A stretch of 24,000 nucleotides of DNA from an uncultured Methanobacteriaceae archaeon (GCA_964530785.1 CAZHBQ010000019.1:1601-25600), one strand, 5' to 3'; positions 8,210-19,018 are shown, numbered from the stretch's first letter. Numbers and translations: made by a program. The notes: a model not told the origin generated them from the sequence alone.

Positions 8210-8620
8210 TTATATTAATTTTTTCTGAGTACTTTTTTCTATCATTTCTTCAAAATCAATTCCTTTACTAAATGCTAATTCTGTGTTAACTCTGTAGTTT
8301 TTATTACGTGTAATATGTAAATCTTCTAGTTTTATGAATCTCCATGGTTTTCTTATAAATTTTGCTCCAACATATGGTGTTGCTCCAAAAATTTCTGAAA
8401 ATTCAATTAGATTACTAATTTTTTCATTATCTATGTAAATATGATCTTGACGTGTTGATTTAACTTCTATTGCAAGGTATAGTTTTCCATTTCCTGCAAG
8501 TACATCAGGTAGAGGTCTTTTTGTTGCTCCTCCACTAGCGGGTGCTCTCATAGCTGCAAATCCTGAATCCCATAATTTATGAACAAGGTCTCTTTCTTCT
8601 TTTGATCCTGTTTTACTCAT
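8210..8620 (-). CDS. hjc: Archaeal Holliday junction resolvase Hjc
   Basis: 136 aa. GSKEERDLVHKLWDSGFAAMRAPASG...PDVLAGNGKLYLAIEVKST follows the Hjc E..D..E-x-K nuclease core and matches my memory of Pyrococcus Hjc along its whole length. Confidence 0.85.
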   Translation of the reverse strand: MSKTGSKEERDLVHKLWDSGFAAMRAPASGGATKRPLPDVLAGNGKLYLAIEVKSTRQDHIYIDNEKISNLIEFSEIFGATPYVGAKFIRKPWRFIKLEDLHITRNKNYRVNTELAFSKGIDFEEMIEKSTQKKLI

Positions 8621-8732
8621 ATATATTTAGTCCTTATAAAATAATTAGTATATTTATATTTATTTAAGAATTATTAAATTATTTTCTAAAAAAATTAGTT
8701 AATGTTTATAATATGGGTGGTTATTATTTTTA

Positions 8733-8766
8733 AAGAAAAAAATAAATTATGAATTTAATCATAATC
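8733..8766 (-). terminator. Hairpin (ATTATGA-N6-TCATAAT) followed by a T-run on the minus strand, just 3' of gdhA
   Basis: The minus strand reads stop-TTCCATAAAAAAAATAATAG-ATTATGA-TTAAAT-TCATAAT-TTATTTTTTTCTTT. The stem is AT-only, so it is weak. Confidence 0.4.
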
Positions 8767-8785
8767 TATTATTTTTTTTATGGAA

Positions 8786-10147
<1,362 letters not shown>

Positions 10148-10166
10148 TTATTTAACTAATGTTAAT

Positions 10167-10180
10167 GGAATTTAATTTCT
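10167..10180. promoter_or_regulatory. Near-match to the NrpR operator (GGAA-TTTAAT-TTCT, one mismatch)
   Basis: Read directly, within the putative gdhA 5' leader. Confidence 0.2.
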
Positions 10181-10205
10181 TTTTTTCTTATTTGATTTTC
10201 ATATC

Positions 10206-10219
10206 AGAAATTATTTTCC
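10206..10219. promoter_or_regulatory. Near-match to the NrpR operator (AGAA-ATTATT-TTCC, one mismatch)
   Basis: Read directly, 24 bp from the perfect site. Confidence 0.25.
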
Positions 10220-10229
10220 GTATTTAATA

Positions 10230-10243
10230 GGAAATGTTTTTCC
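10230..10243. promoter_or_regulatory. Perfect GGAA-N6-TTCC inverted repeat, the consensus of the euryarchaeal nitrogen repressor NrpR operator, upstream of gdhA
   Basis: GGAAATGTTTTTCC read directly, about 110 nt upstream of the gdhA ATG and just downstream of a TATA-like element. Confidence 0.45.
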
Positions 10244-10267
10244 GCTACTAAGTAGTTTGTATATTCT

Positions 10268-10280
10268 CTTATATATTCTT
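10268..10280 (-). promoter_or_regulatory. Candidate TATA box for gdhA
   Basis: The minus strand reads AAAAATACAAAAGAATATATAAGAG. The AATATATAAG is TATA-like and preceded by a purine-rich stretch. A transcription start about 25 nt downstream would fall next to the 10230-10243 operator. Confidence 0.3.
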
Positions 10281-10436
10281 TTGTATTTTTTCTAATTTCA
10301 TGTAATAAAAACCTTTAAAAAAATGATTTATTTATATTATTTTTATTTAAAATAAGATGATTTTACTAAATATAAATTGGAATATTATAATTTGAAAGTT
10401 TATTAAAATTTTAAAAAAAATAAATGGGGGTTAATA

Positions 10437-11549
10437 TTAGGTAAACATTCTATCTGAGATTGTAACTTCTTTTTTAGATTCACTTATCGCATAATTAATA
10501 TCTTCATCATCAATAACATCTTTAGATTCATTAATTGCCTTATGAAGTGCAGTTTTTAATATTTTTTCTTTAATGTCTCTGCCGGAAAGACCACTTGTAT
10601 TTTTTACTGCTAACTCTAAATTAAATATGGATTCTAATGGTAATTCTTTCATGTTATTTTTGAAAATTATTTCACGTTCTTTAAAATCTGGTAATGTAAA
10701 TTCAATTTCTTCCTCAAATCTACTTCTTACAGCATAATCTATAATTTCAGGATTATTTGTAGCACAGATTGTGATAATACTTTCATTATCTTCAATTCCA
10801 CCCATCTCTGTAAGAAGTGCATTTACAATTTCAGTCACATCTCCACGTAATGCTTGATATTTTCTCTCAAGAGCAATAGCATCTATTTCATCAATAAAAA
10901 TTACACATGGTTTGATTTGTCTTGCTTCTTCATATAATTCATGTATTTGATTTGCACCATCACCAACATGATTTCCAATAAGTGTTGTTGCCTTGATCAT
11001 TTTAATAGGAACTTCTAATTCATTAGCTAAAGCTTGAGCTAACATAGTTTTTCCTGTTCCAGGAACTCCATAAAATAATATATTTTTAGGAGCCCAATTT
11101 TTAAATTTTGCTGGATCTTCTAAATATTTAGTAATAATTTTAGTTTTATTTTTAGCTTTTTGTTGTCCAACAATATCATTAATTTTATATTTTTGTGAGG
11201 GAGTGATAGTTTTAATTTTATTTTCAGAGGGAAGTACTAGTATTGATGTATTGGTAGTAATAATAGAATTGTCTGGTCTAAGATCAACTATTTTAAATGC
11301 AAAGTCGGGCATTAATTTTTGGTCAAATATATACTGATTTTTATGTACTTGATATCCATTCCATTGATCACGAGCATAGATTTCAAATAATTCTTTGTTA
11401 GTAATTTGAATTTCAGGACTTTCAAGATAATTACTTTCAATTGGATAACCTACTGCTTCTAGTATCATAATTTTAGCTTCAGTTCTGTGTTTGTTTATTT
11501 CTTGTCTTATCTGGTTGTCTGTTAAGTAGTTATTTTCAATTCTATTCAT
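10437..11549 (-). CDS. AAA-family ATPase (single AAA module with an N-terminal domain of about 140 aa)
   Basis: Walker A GVPGTGKT, Walker B CVIFIDEIDA, and second region of homology ATNNPEIIDYAVRSRF. A strong RBS (AAAAGGGGAGGT) precedes the ATG. Confidence 0.85.
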   Translation of the reverse strand: MNRIENNYLTDNQIRQEINKHRTEAKIMILEAVGYPIESNYLESPEIQITNKELFEIYARDQWNGYQVHKNQYIFDQKLMPDFAFKIVDLRPDNSIITTNTSILVLPSENKIKTITPSQKYKINDIVGQQKAKNKTKIITKYLEDPAKFKNWAPKNILFYGVPGTGKTMLAQALANELEVPIKMIKATTLIGNHVGDGANQIHELYEEARQIKPCVIFIDEIDAIALERKYQALRGDVTEIVNALLTEMGGIEDNESIITICATNNPEIIDYAVRSRFEEEIEFTLPDFKEREIIFKNNMKELPLESIFNLELAVKNTSGLSGRDIKEKILKTALHKAINESKDVIDDEDINYAISESKKEVTISDRMFT

Positions 11550-11573
11550 GAAATTACCTCCCCTTTTAATTAT

Positions 11574-11798
11574 TTAAATATTAATTATAAGATAGTGTTC
11601 TTCATCTTTTTTAGCATTAAATTCAATATTTGAAACTCCATGATATAATGTTTCAAAAATATCCCATAATAAATCATCAGATCCTTTAATTATAATTTCA
11701 TTATCATTTTTTATTATATCTTCAATTTCTGGAAAATCATTTTTTAAGTCATCACAAACTTTTTGATATAATTTCTGGCTTAAAGTCATATTATTCAC
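11574..11798 (-). CDS. Small acidic hypothetical protein (71-74 aa), translationally coupled to trxB
   Basis: GTG 11798 overlaps the trxB TGA (GTGA). An alternative ATG at 11789 is preceded by GAGTGA. It sits between trxB and the AAA ATPase with spacers of 25 nt or less. No recognisable motif. Confidence 0.5.
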   Translation of the reverse strand: MNNMTLSQKLYQKVCDDLKNDFPEIEDIIKNDNEIIIKGSDDLLWDIFETLYHGVSNIEFNAKKDEEHYLIINI

Positions 11799-12703
11799 TC
11801 ATATAACATTAATTCTTCTATTTTAGTTGCAGCTTTTGCTCCTTGAGCAGTTGAGATAACTATTTGTTTTATACCACCTGTAATGTCTCCTGCAGCAAAT
11901 ACTCCTTTGATGTTAGTTTGCATATTTTCATCAACTATGATATAACCTGAATCATCACATTTAACACCAATTTTCTTAGCAAGTTCATTATTTGGACTAT
12001 AACCTATTGCAATAAATACTCCATTAACATCAATAGTCTTTTCTTCATGTGTTTTATTGTTATAAAGAACAACTTTGTTAACAATACCTTCACCTTTCAC
12101 TGCTTTTACTTCACAATTCCAGTAAACATTAATTCCACATTCTTGAATATCCTTAACAAGTTTAGCATCACAACGTAGTTTGTCGCGTCTATGAACAATG
12201 CTACATTTAACTCCAATTCTATTTAAATATAAAGCTTCAGTAGCAGCAGAATTTCCTCCACCAACAATAATAACTTCTCTGTCTATAAAAAAGTTACCAT
12301 CACAAACAGCACAATATGATACACCACGACCTGTAAATTCAGAAATACCTTCAACATCTAATGTTTTAGAATTACTTCCAGTAGCAAGAAGAACATGTTT
12401 GCTTTTATAAGTTTCTTTTGAAGTTTTAATAGTAAAAGAAGAATCCTCATTTTTTTCAATAGAATCTACATGAGAAAATTCTTTAATTTCTGCATGTTCT
12501 AATGTTTGTTTAGTCATTGTCTCCATTAGTTTATCACCATTAATCATCTCAATACCTGGATAATTTTCAACTAAAGGAGCAATATTTGCAGTTCCTCCAC
12601 TTCTTGCTTTATCAAGAATAATGGTATTAAGTCCAGCACGTCCTGCATAAATACCAGCAGTAAGACCAGCAGGACCTGAACCAATTATTACAATATCATA
12701 CAT
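11795..12703 (-). CDS. trxB: Thioredoxin-disulfide reductase (low-Mr TrxR family)
   Basis: FAD motif IIGSGPAG, redox-active CAVC, second dinucleotide fold VGGGNSA, HRRDKLR, and GDITGG. RBS GGAGGA. Confidence 0.9.
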   Translation of the reverse strand: MYDIVIIGSGPAGLTAGIYAGRAGLNTIILDKARSGGTANIAPLVENYPGIEMINGDKLMETMTKQTLEHAEIKEFSHVDSIEKNEDSSFTIKTSKETYKSKHVLLATGSNSKTLDVEGISEFTGRGVSYCAVCDGNFFIDREVIIVGGGNSAATEALYLNRIGVKCSIVHRRDKLRCDAKLVKDIQECGINVYWNCEVKAVKGEGIVNKVVLYNNKTHEEKTIDVNGVFIAIGYSPNNELAKKIGVKCDDSGYIIVDENMQTNIKGVFAAGDITGGIKQIVISTAQGAKAATKIEELMLYE

Positions 12704-12846
12704 ATTCTAGTCCTCCACATATTTTTTAAAATTATAATATAAATCTAATTATTAATATATATTCATGATTTTTCTTATATTATTATTCATATATAAGGAA
12801 AATTTGCTAAAAAAAGAAGAAAAGAGGATTGGGTGGGTAGTAAAAA

Positions 12847-14754
12847 TTATTTATTTATAATACTTAAAATTTCATTTTTAATAATATTACTTACTGTTTG
12901 ACCGTCAGCTTTTCCTTTAAATTTAGCCATAGCTTTACCCATTAAAGGACCCATTGCTCCCATACCTCTTTGTTCTATCATGTCACTATTTTCTTCAATG
13001 ATTTCACAAATAGCACTTTTAACAACATCATCTGATAATTTTTCGAGATTATTATTTTTTACAGATTCAATAGGTGCAATATCATTACAAGCATCTTTTA
13101 GAATAACTTCAGTCTCAGCAGCTGAAATTATATCATCATCAACAAGTTTGAATATTTCAACAAGAACATCTTTAGTTAATTTAGAAGTATTGTAGTTGTC
13201 ACGTTTTAAATCTTTAATGGTATATGCAATGTCTGATGCAATTTTTACTGAATCCATGTTTGGTAATTCTTTTTTAATTTCTTCAAATAGGTCAGCCTGA
13301 TTTCTTTGTACTAATTGTTCTGCAAGATCTTCACTAAGTTCATATTCTTCTTGTATACGTTCTTTTTTAACATATGGAAGTTCTGGAAGATCAGAAGCAA
13401 TTCTTTCAACACGACTTGGATCAATTATTTCAGTTGGAATATCAGTTTCAACATACATTCTACTTGCAGTAGGAAGAGGTCTTAAATATTCTGTATTACC
13501 ATCATCTTGTGCACGTCTAGTTTCTTCTGGAACACCTTCAATTGATTGTTCTGCTCTTTTAATAACTTCTAGTAGAGCATTGTGTGCTTTATCTTTAGGT
13601 CCTGCAACAAGAATAAAAGCATTAGGTTTTTGAATATCTAATTTATCTTTAATACTATCTACTTCTTCTTGTGTAATTCCATAAGCAGGTAATTCATCAG
13701 TATGGAATAGTCCACTTACACCCATTTTCTTTCCATGTTCTGAAAATTCAGTTCCTAATCTTTTTCCTGGCTGTACTTCTCGTCCAATAAGACCATCAAA
13801 ACCATTTAATTTTATAGCTAAAACAGCAGTTTCAACATCATCTGATGTTTCAAGAATACTTTTAACAACTTTTGATTCTGTATTTTCAAGTAAGGATGTT
13901 ACATCATAAATTTCTTTTTCTACAGATGCATTACGTTCTTTGAGTTCTTTACTAATATCAATAAGATTTAATTGTCTTTGAACTTCATTTTCTACCATTG
14001 TTGGCATAAGTTCTAAGTCTTGAACACCTTTAACTTCAATACGTGCTCCTTCTTTAATTGAAATATTTAAATCTTGTCTTATAGTACCAAGTCCTCTTTT
14101 AACTTTAGTACTTCTTAGAATTTGACCAAGTTGGTATGCAACTTCTTTAACTTGTAATGGATGATGCATATCTGGTGATGTTGTTATCTCAGCAAGAGGT
14201 ATTCCAAGTCTATCAAGTCTAAATACAATTTTACCTTCATCTTCACCAATTCTTCTTGCTGCATCTTCTTCAAGACCTAATGTTTCAATTGTAACATTAC
14301 CGAATTCTGTTTTGACATACCCATCAGTTGCAAGAATTCCTGTTCTTTGAAAACCACTAGTGTTACTTCCATCTATTACTTGTTTTCTCATTGTATGGAA
14401 TTCATCAACAACTTTCATATTCATAAGTGAAGCTAATATAATTGAAATATCAACAGCTTCCTGATTTAATTCAGATGGAGGTTCTTCATCAGCTTCAACA
14501 AGACATGTATGATGGTCATATGCTTCGTATACAAATTGAAGATTTCTTTGTGATTCTTCATATGCTGCTCTATCTATTTCTCCAAGTTCACTTTGTGTTG
14601 GTCTTAATTTACGGAATATTTTTCTTTCTGGTTTTTTATCAGTTAAACTATTAGGACATCTACAGAATAATTTGGTTTGACTATCTAATTGTTGATGTAT
14701 TTCAAGACCCATCATTAAACCTAATTCTTTATAATCAAATTTATCTTCAGACAA
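12847..14754 (-). CDS. gatE: Glutamyl-tRNA(Gln) amidotransferase subunit E
   Basis: 635 aa. N-terminal GLEIHQQL and the archaea-specific GatE architecture, immediately downstream of gatD. TTG start with AGAGGTG RBS. Confidence 0.95.
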   Translation of the reverse strand: MSEDKFDYKELGLMMGLEIHQQLDSQTKLFCRCPNSLTDKKPERKIFRKLRPTQSELGEIDRAAYEESQRNLQFVYEAYDHHTCLVEADEEPPSELNQEAVDISIILASLMNMKVVDEFHTMRKQVIDGSNTSGFQRTGILATDGYVKTEFGNVTIETLGLEEDAARRIGEDEGKIVFRLDRLGIPLAEITTSPDMHHPLQVKEVAYQLGQILRSTKVKRGLGTIRQDLNISIKEGARIEVKGVQDLELMPTMVENEVQRQLNLIDISKELKERNASVEKEIYDVTSLLENTESKVVKSILETSDDVETAVLAIKLNGFDGLIGREVQPGKRLGTEFSEHGKKMGVSGLFHTDELPAYGITQEEVDSIKDKLDIQKPNAFILVAGPKDKAHNALLEVIKRAEQSIEGVPEETRRAQDDGNTEYLRPLPTASRMYVETDIPTEIIDPSRVERIASDLPELPYVKKERIQEEYELSEDLAEQLVQRNQADLFEEIKKELPNMDSVKIASDIAYTIKDLKRDNYNTSKLTKDVLVEIFKLVDDDIISAAETEVILKDACNDIAPIESVKNNNLEKLSDDVVKSAICEIIEENSDMIEQRGMGAMGPLMGKAMAKFKGKADGQTVSNIIKNEILSIINK

Positions 14755-14772
14755 TTTTTACACCTCTTTTAT

Positions 14773-16089
14773 TTAATTTGTTATGAAATATTTTTGAGAT
14801 AATGTTTTATCCATTTCTCCTTTAAGATTTGTTTGCATTATCTTACGTATTTCATCAAGATCATCTGTTTGTCCTGCAGCCCATAATAGTTTAGTATATG
14901 CTGTTTCTGTTAACATGTCACTTACAGATATTACATTATTTTGTAGTAATCTACGACCACTACTATATACGTTCATGTTTGTACGTCCAAAAATACATTG
15001 TGATGTCATAACAACAGGTATATTTTCATCAGTTGCACGAGCAATACTATCAAATATGTTATCAGAACAGTGTCCGAGTCCTGTTCCTTCAATTACTATA
15101 CCATCATATCCATTATCAACGTATAAATCTATAATTTCAGAACTAATTCCAGGATACATTTTAACTAATGCAACTTTATCAGCAAGATTATTATTTAATG
15201 CTAATTCATTTTCATTTCTTTTAGTATATTGAACTTCGGTGTCATTAATTGAGATATTATTGTTTTGGATTTTTGCAATAGGTTCCATATTTATACTTTG
15301 GAATGTATCACGACGAGAGGTGTGCATTTTACGAGCTCTTGTTCCTCTGATTAAGTTACAATAACTATCATCTTCATTTCCATGCATACATACAGTTACC
15401 TCAGCAACATCTGATTTAGCAGCTGTAATTGATCCCATAAGATTCATAAAAGCATCTGATGATGGTCTATCTGAACTACGTTGTGCTCCAGTAATAACGA
15501 TAGGTACAGGAGTATCAATCATAAAACTTAATGCTGATGCTGTGTAGTGCATGGTATCTGTTCCATGAGCTATGATTATTCCATCTGCACCATTATTAAT
15601 TTCATTATAAATTTCTTCTGCTGTTTGTTTCCAGAATTCTGGTGTCATGTTTTCACTTAAAATATTAAATATTGCTTTTGCATTAATATTTGCATGATCA
15701 ACAAGTTCTGGAGTTGCTCGTAATAAGTCATCTGCTGTGAATGCTGGATGTACTGCTCCTGTTTTATAATCAATAACACTAGCTACTGTTCCACCAGTTG
15801 ATAAAATAGATATGTTGTCTTTTTTATCAGATAATTGTTTGTCTACTGGATCTAATTTAATGTTAGGTTTTGATCCTTCACTAATCTTCTCTATTTTTGC
15901 ATCTTTTATGTCAACACCAATATTATATCCACTATCTAATTTTATTATAATTGTATTTTCATTTGAATAATCTGGTTTTTCAAGTAACATACCTGTATGT
16001 TCTATGTCAGTTTTTATTATTTTAACTCTATCTCCAACAGTAATATTTGATATGTCCAGAAAATCTTTTAGATATCCTTCATATGCCAA
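14773..16089 (-). CDS. gatD: Glutamyl-tRNA(Gln) amidotransferase subunit D (asparaginase-like)
   Basis: 438 aa. Asparaginase signatures STGGTVAS and AHGTDTM. TTG start 6 nt after GGAGGA. Confidence 0.95.
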   Translation of the reverse strand: MAYEGYLKDFLDISNITVGDRVKIIKTDIEHTGMLLEKPDYSNENTIIIKLDSGYNIGVDIKDAKIEKISEGSKPNIKLDPVDKQLSDKKDNISILSTGGTVASVIDYKTGAVHPAFTADDLLRATPELVDHANINAKAIFNILSENMTPEFWKQTAEEIYNEINNGADGIIIAHGTDTMHYTASALSFMIDTPVPIVITGAQRSSDRPSSDAFMNLMGSITAAKSDVAEVTVCMHGNEDDSYCNLIRGTRARKMHTSRRDTFQSINMEPIAKIQNNNISINDTEVQYTKRNENELALNNNLADKVALVKMYPGISSEIIDLYVDNGYDGIVIEGTGLGHCSDNIFDSIARATDENIPVVMTSQCIFGRTNMNVYSSGRRLLQNNVISVSDMLTETAYTKLLWAAGQTDDLDEIRKIMQTNLKGEMDKTLSQKYFITN

Positions 16090-16350
16090 ATTAGTTCCTC
16101 CTAAATATAATTGATTTTTTTTAGAATCTATTAAATCTCTTCTTAAAATAATCAGTATTATGTATTTATTTAGTTTTCATAGTTTTTATTTTTATTTATG
16201 GTTAGTCTTTTATTCTTAAAAATCCCACTTATTAGTTATAACTTAATAACTTTTTACTTTTAACTTAAAACATATAACTAATAATTTAATATTTAAAAGT
16301 AGAATTAAATTAATTTACTAATAAAAAAAAAATAAAAAAAGAGGGGATGT

Positions 16351-16812
16351 TTATTCACTATTAGGAACAACAAGAACAGGTACTTTTGAATGTCTCACTG
16401 TTTTTTCAGTTACACTACCTAATAAGAATCTATCAATCATATGTTTTCCGCTACTTGCCATAACAATAAGATCAATATCTTTTATTTCAGACACTTTTAA
16501 TATAACATCAGCAGCATTACCTTCCATAGTTAAAGTTTTAAGTTTAACTTTTTCAGGATCAATATCATGTTCTTCTTCAAATTCAATAATAATATCTTTC
16601 ACACGTTTGGTAACTTTTTTACTTTCTCTTTCAAGAACAACTTCAGTATCTGTGATTAATTCTTCTTCTGGAAGACCTGATAAGTAAACACTATCAACTA
16701 CGTTGAGAATAATAATTTCAGATTCTTCATCTTTAGCAATTGTTGCTGCGTGGATAATTGCTTTTTCTGAATTTCTTGAACCATCAGTTGGTAATAATAT
16801 TCTTTCATACAT
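16351..16812 (-). CDS. Universal stress protein (UspA family)
   Basis: ILLPTDGS...A, IIILNVV, and VMASSGK...FLLGSVTEKTVRHSKVPVLVV. The track TTG 16821 abuts AAGGAG; ATG 16812 is 9 nt from it and gives MYERILLPTDGS, so I prefer it. Confidence 0.85.
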   Translation of the reverse strand: MYERILLPTDGSRNSEKAIIHAATIAKDEESEIIILNVVDSVYLSGLPEEELITDTEVVLERESKKVTKRVKDIIIEFEEEHDIDPEKVKLKTLTMEGNAADVILKVSEIKDIDLIVMASSGKHMIDRFLLGSVTEKTVRHSKVPVLVVPNSE

Positions 16813-17022
16813 AATTTTCAACTCCTTATTTTTTTAAGTTCTTTATTTTCAAAGTTATTAATTATGTTTGTAATTTAAATATATTTATTATTATTCTAAA
16901 TAATTTAATTATTAAACTCATTTATATGAAATTTAATACTTTCAATATCAAACAATAATAATATTTTTATTAAATAGTTAATTATTTTTAAAAAAAATAA
17001 AATAGAAAAAATAGAATGGAGG

Positions 17023-18213
17023 TTATTCAGGGTATTTAAGTAAAATTTTTTTAGCAACTTCAATACTTTCCTTATCTTCTTCAATTGCTGCTTTTTTAAG
17101 ATTATTAATAATATTAAATAAGAGTTTATCAACTAAACTATGAGTAAGTTTATCAATCTTTTTAGAATCACTTTTACTTAAGTTAAGCATATGTAAAGTT
17201 TTTTCAACTTCTTGTTTTCTAATTTTCTCAGCTTCAATATTTAAAGAAGATAATATTGGTGTAATTTCCATTTCTTTAAGTTGATCTTTAAGAAGCACAG
17301 TTTCTTCTTCAATAATAGCTTCAGCTTTAATAGCTTCTTTTACTCGACGTTCCTTATTTTTATCAGTAATGTATCTTAAATCATCTAAATTATATAATTT
17401 AACAGATAAATCAAGAACATTATCATCAATATTACGTGGATTTGAAAGATCAAGCATAATCATATTTTCTAAATGTTCCTGGGAAATATTCATAATTCTA
17501 TCTTTATCAATAATAGTATGTGGTGCTCCAGTAGCACTTATTAAAATATCAATTTTATCTAAAGCTTCATCTAATTTATCAAATCGAATAGCAATTCCAT
17601 CAAGTTCTTTAGCAAGATTTTGAGCTTTGTCAAATGTTCGGTTAGCAACAACAATAGCATTAGTACCTTTTTCAAGTAAAGCTTTAGAAACAACAGTTCC
17701 CATTTCTCCAGCTCCAAGAATAAGAACATTTTTTCCTTCAAGAGAACCATATTTTTCTTCAATTAATTCTACAGCACCACTTCCTACAGATACTCCTCCT
17801 TCATTAATATGAGTATTTTTACGTATGGATTGACCTACATGTATAGCTTTTGTGAAGAGTTTTTCTAGCTTAGGTCCTATAGTTTTATTTTTAATAGCAT
17901 TTTTACGTGCTGTTTTTATCTGTCCAAGAATTTGGTCTTCTCCCATAATCATGGATTCTAATCCTGATGCTAATCTTAATATATGATTAATTGCTACATC
18001 ATTTTTATCTACTATAAATGTTGTTGTAGGAATATTAACTTCTTTATCCACAATTAGGTAAATTTCATATCTATTACATGTTTTTAAGGTTACTTCTTCA
18101 AGAATATTTAATTTTTCATGTAACTCTTCATTTATCTTATCTAATTTTTCATATGAAGCTTCCATAGTTCCTACATCTGCTATCTTAAAGTCTATACGAA
18201 TATTAACTAACAT
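17023..18213 (-). CDS. hemA: Glutamyl-tRNA reductase (tetrapyrrole biosynthesis)
   Basis: 396 aa. Catalytic TCNRYEIY, GEDQILGQ, and NADPH fold ILGAGEMG. Confidence 0.9.
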   Translation of the reverse strand: MLVNIRIDFKIADVGTMEASYEKLDKINEELHEKLNILEEVTLKTCNRYEIYLIVDKEVNIPTTTFIVDKNDVAINHILRLASGLESMIMGEDQILGQIKTARKNAIKNKTIGPKLEKLFTKAIHVGQSIRKNTHINEGGVSVGSGAVELIEEKYGSLEGKNVLILGAGEMGTVVSKALLEKGTNAIVVANRTFDKAQNLAKELDGIAIRFDKLDEALDKIDILISATGAPHTIIDKDRIMNISQEHLENMIMLDLSNPRNIDDNVLDLSVKLYNLDDLRYITDKNKERRVKEAIKAEAIIEEETVLLKDQLKEMEITPILSSLNIEAEKIRKQEVEKTLHMLNLSKSDSKKIDKLTHSLVDKLLFNIINNLKKAAIEEDKESIEVAKKILLKYPE

Positions 18214-18315
18214 TTCTTATTTCTTCCTGTGCTTCAACATAGTTTATTTTTTTTTATTCTATTATTTTATATTTCTAATTACAATTATTAGAATTCTTTT
18301 ATTATTTTTTTAGAA

Positions 18316-18945
18316 TTAATCGATTTTTAATATTTTATTAAGAAATACTTTAGCTTCATCAAGTTTACCTTCTTTAATAAGATCTTGTATTTCAGGATTT
18401 GAATTAACTTTAATCATTAATTCTTTTCGATCTTGCTGATTGTCAATGTTTTCTTTAAGAATTTCTCTTAAATAATCTTGTAATTCTATATTTAAAATAT
18501 CTTCTTCACTAATTATTGACTGAATTTTTTTTCTTAATTCTTTAGCCATAAGAGGACTTTTAGATCCAGTGTATAATGAAACAGTTACTGTTCCAATATT
18601 AAAAGTAGATGGCACTATAACATTACTAAGTGTAATATCACTAGCACAATTGACAAGTTTATCTTTAGCTTTTAAAGAAATTTCTTCATTTAATTCATGG
18701 TTATCAGTAGCAACAACAACTAAATCACATTCATCAAGTAGTTTATCAAGACATGTTTCATCATAAAATACTGCACCTTTTTTAAGAAATTCATTCTTAA
18801 CATCTTCATCAATATATTTTGTTATAATATTTACTTCAGCTTCAGTTTTAAGAAATCTTCTAGCTCTTCGGATACCAACAGAACCAGTACCTACAATTAA
18901 AACATTTTTATCTTTCATATCTAGAAATAATGAAGTTAATGACAT
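18316..18945 (-). CDS. sirC: Precorrin-2 dehydrogenase / sirohydrochlorin ferrochelatase-like (CysG N-domain type)
   Basis: 209 aa. N-terminal LFLDMKDKNVLIVGTGSVGIRRARRFL Rossmann fold typical of SirC/Met8/CysG-N. It sits directly upstream of hemA with no oligo-T run between them. Confidence 0.7.
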   Translation of the reverse strand: MSLTSLFLDMKDKNVLIVGTGSVGIRRARRFLKTEAEVNIITKYIDEDVKNEFLKKGAVFYDETCLDKLLDECDLVVVATDNHELNEEISLKAKDKLVNCASDITLSNVIVPSTFNIGTVTVSLYTGSKSPLMAKELRKKIQSIISEEDILNIELQDYLREILKENIDNQQDRKELMIKVNSNPEIQDLIKEGKLDEAKVFLNKILKID

Positions 18946-19018
18946 AATCTACTCTCTGGTTATTTATTTTAAAAAAATAGTTTTTAAAAAAAAATAGTAA
19001 AAAAAAGTTTTATACTTT

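Noticed and set aside
10159-10227. 22-codon hydrophobic mini-ORF (MLMEFNFFFSYLIFISEIIFRI) in the gdhA upstream region, plus strand
   Set aside because: It has no RBS, it is antisense to the gdhA leader, and it is the kind of ORF expected from T-rich sequence.
12198-15232. Plus-strand ORFs of 70-105 aa (12198..12410, 12980..13195, 14442..14654, 14915..15232)
   Set aside because: All are nested antisense within trxB, gatE or gatD and have no independent support.
16905-17132. 75-aa minus-strand ORF spanning the hemA 3' end and the AT-rich spacer
   Set aside because: It is an out-of-frame overlap with hemA and gives an Ile/Leu/Lys/Asn low-complexity translation of AT-rich DNA.
17369-17812. Three short ORFs inside hemA (two plus-strand, one alternate-frame minus-strand)
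   Set aside because: They are nested in a conserved gene with no motifs.
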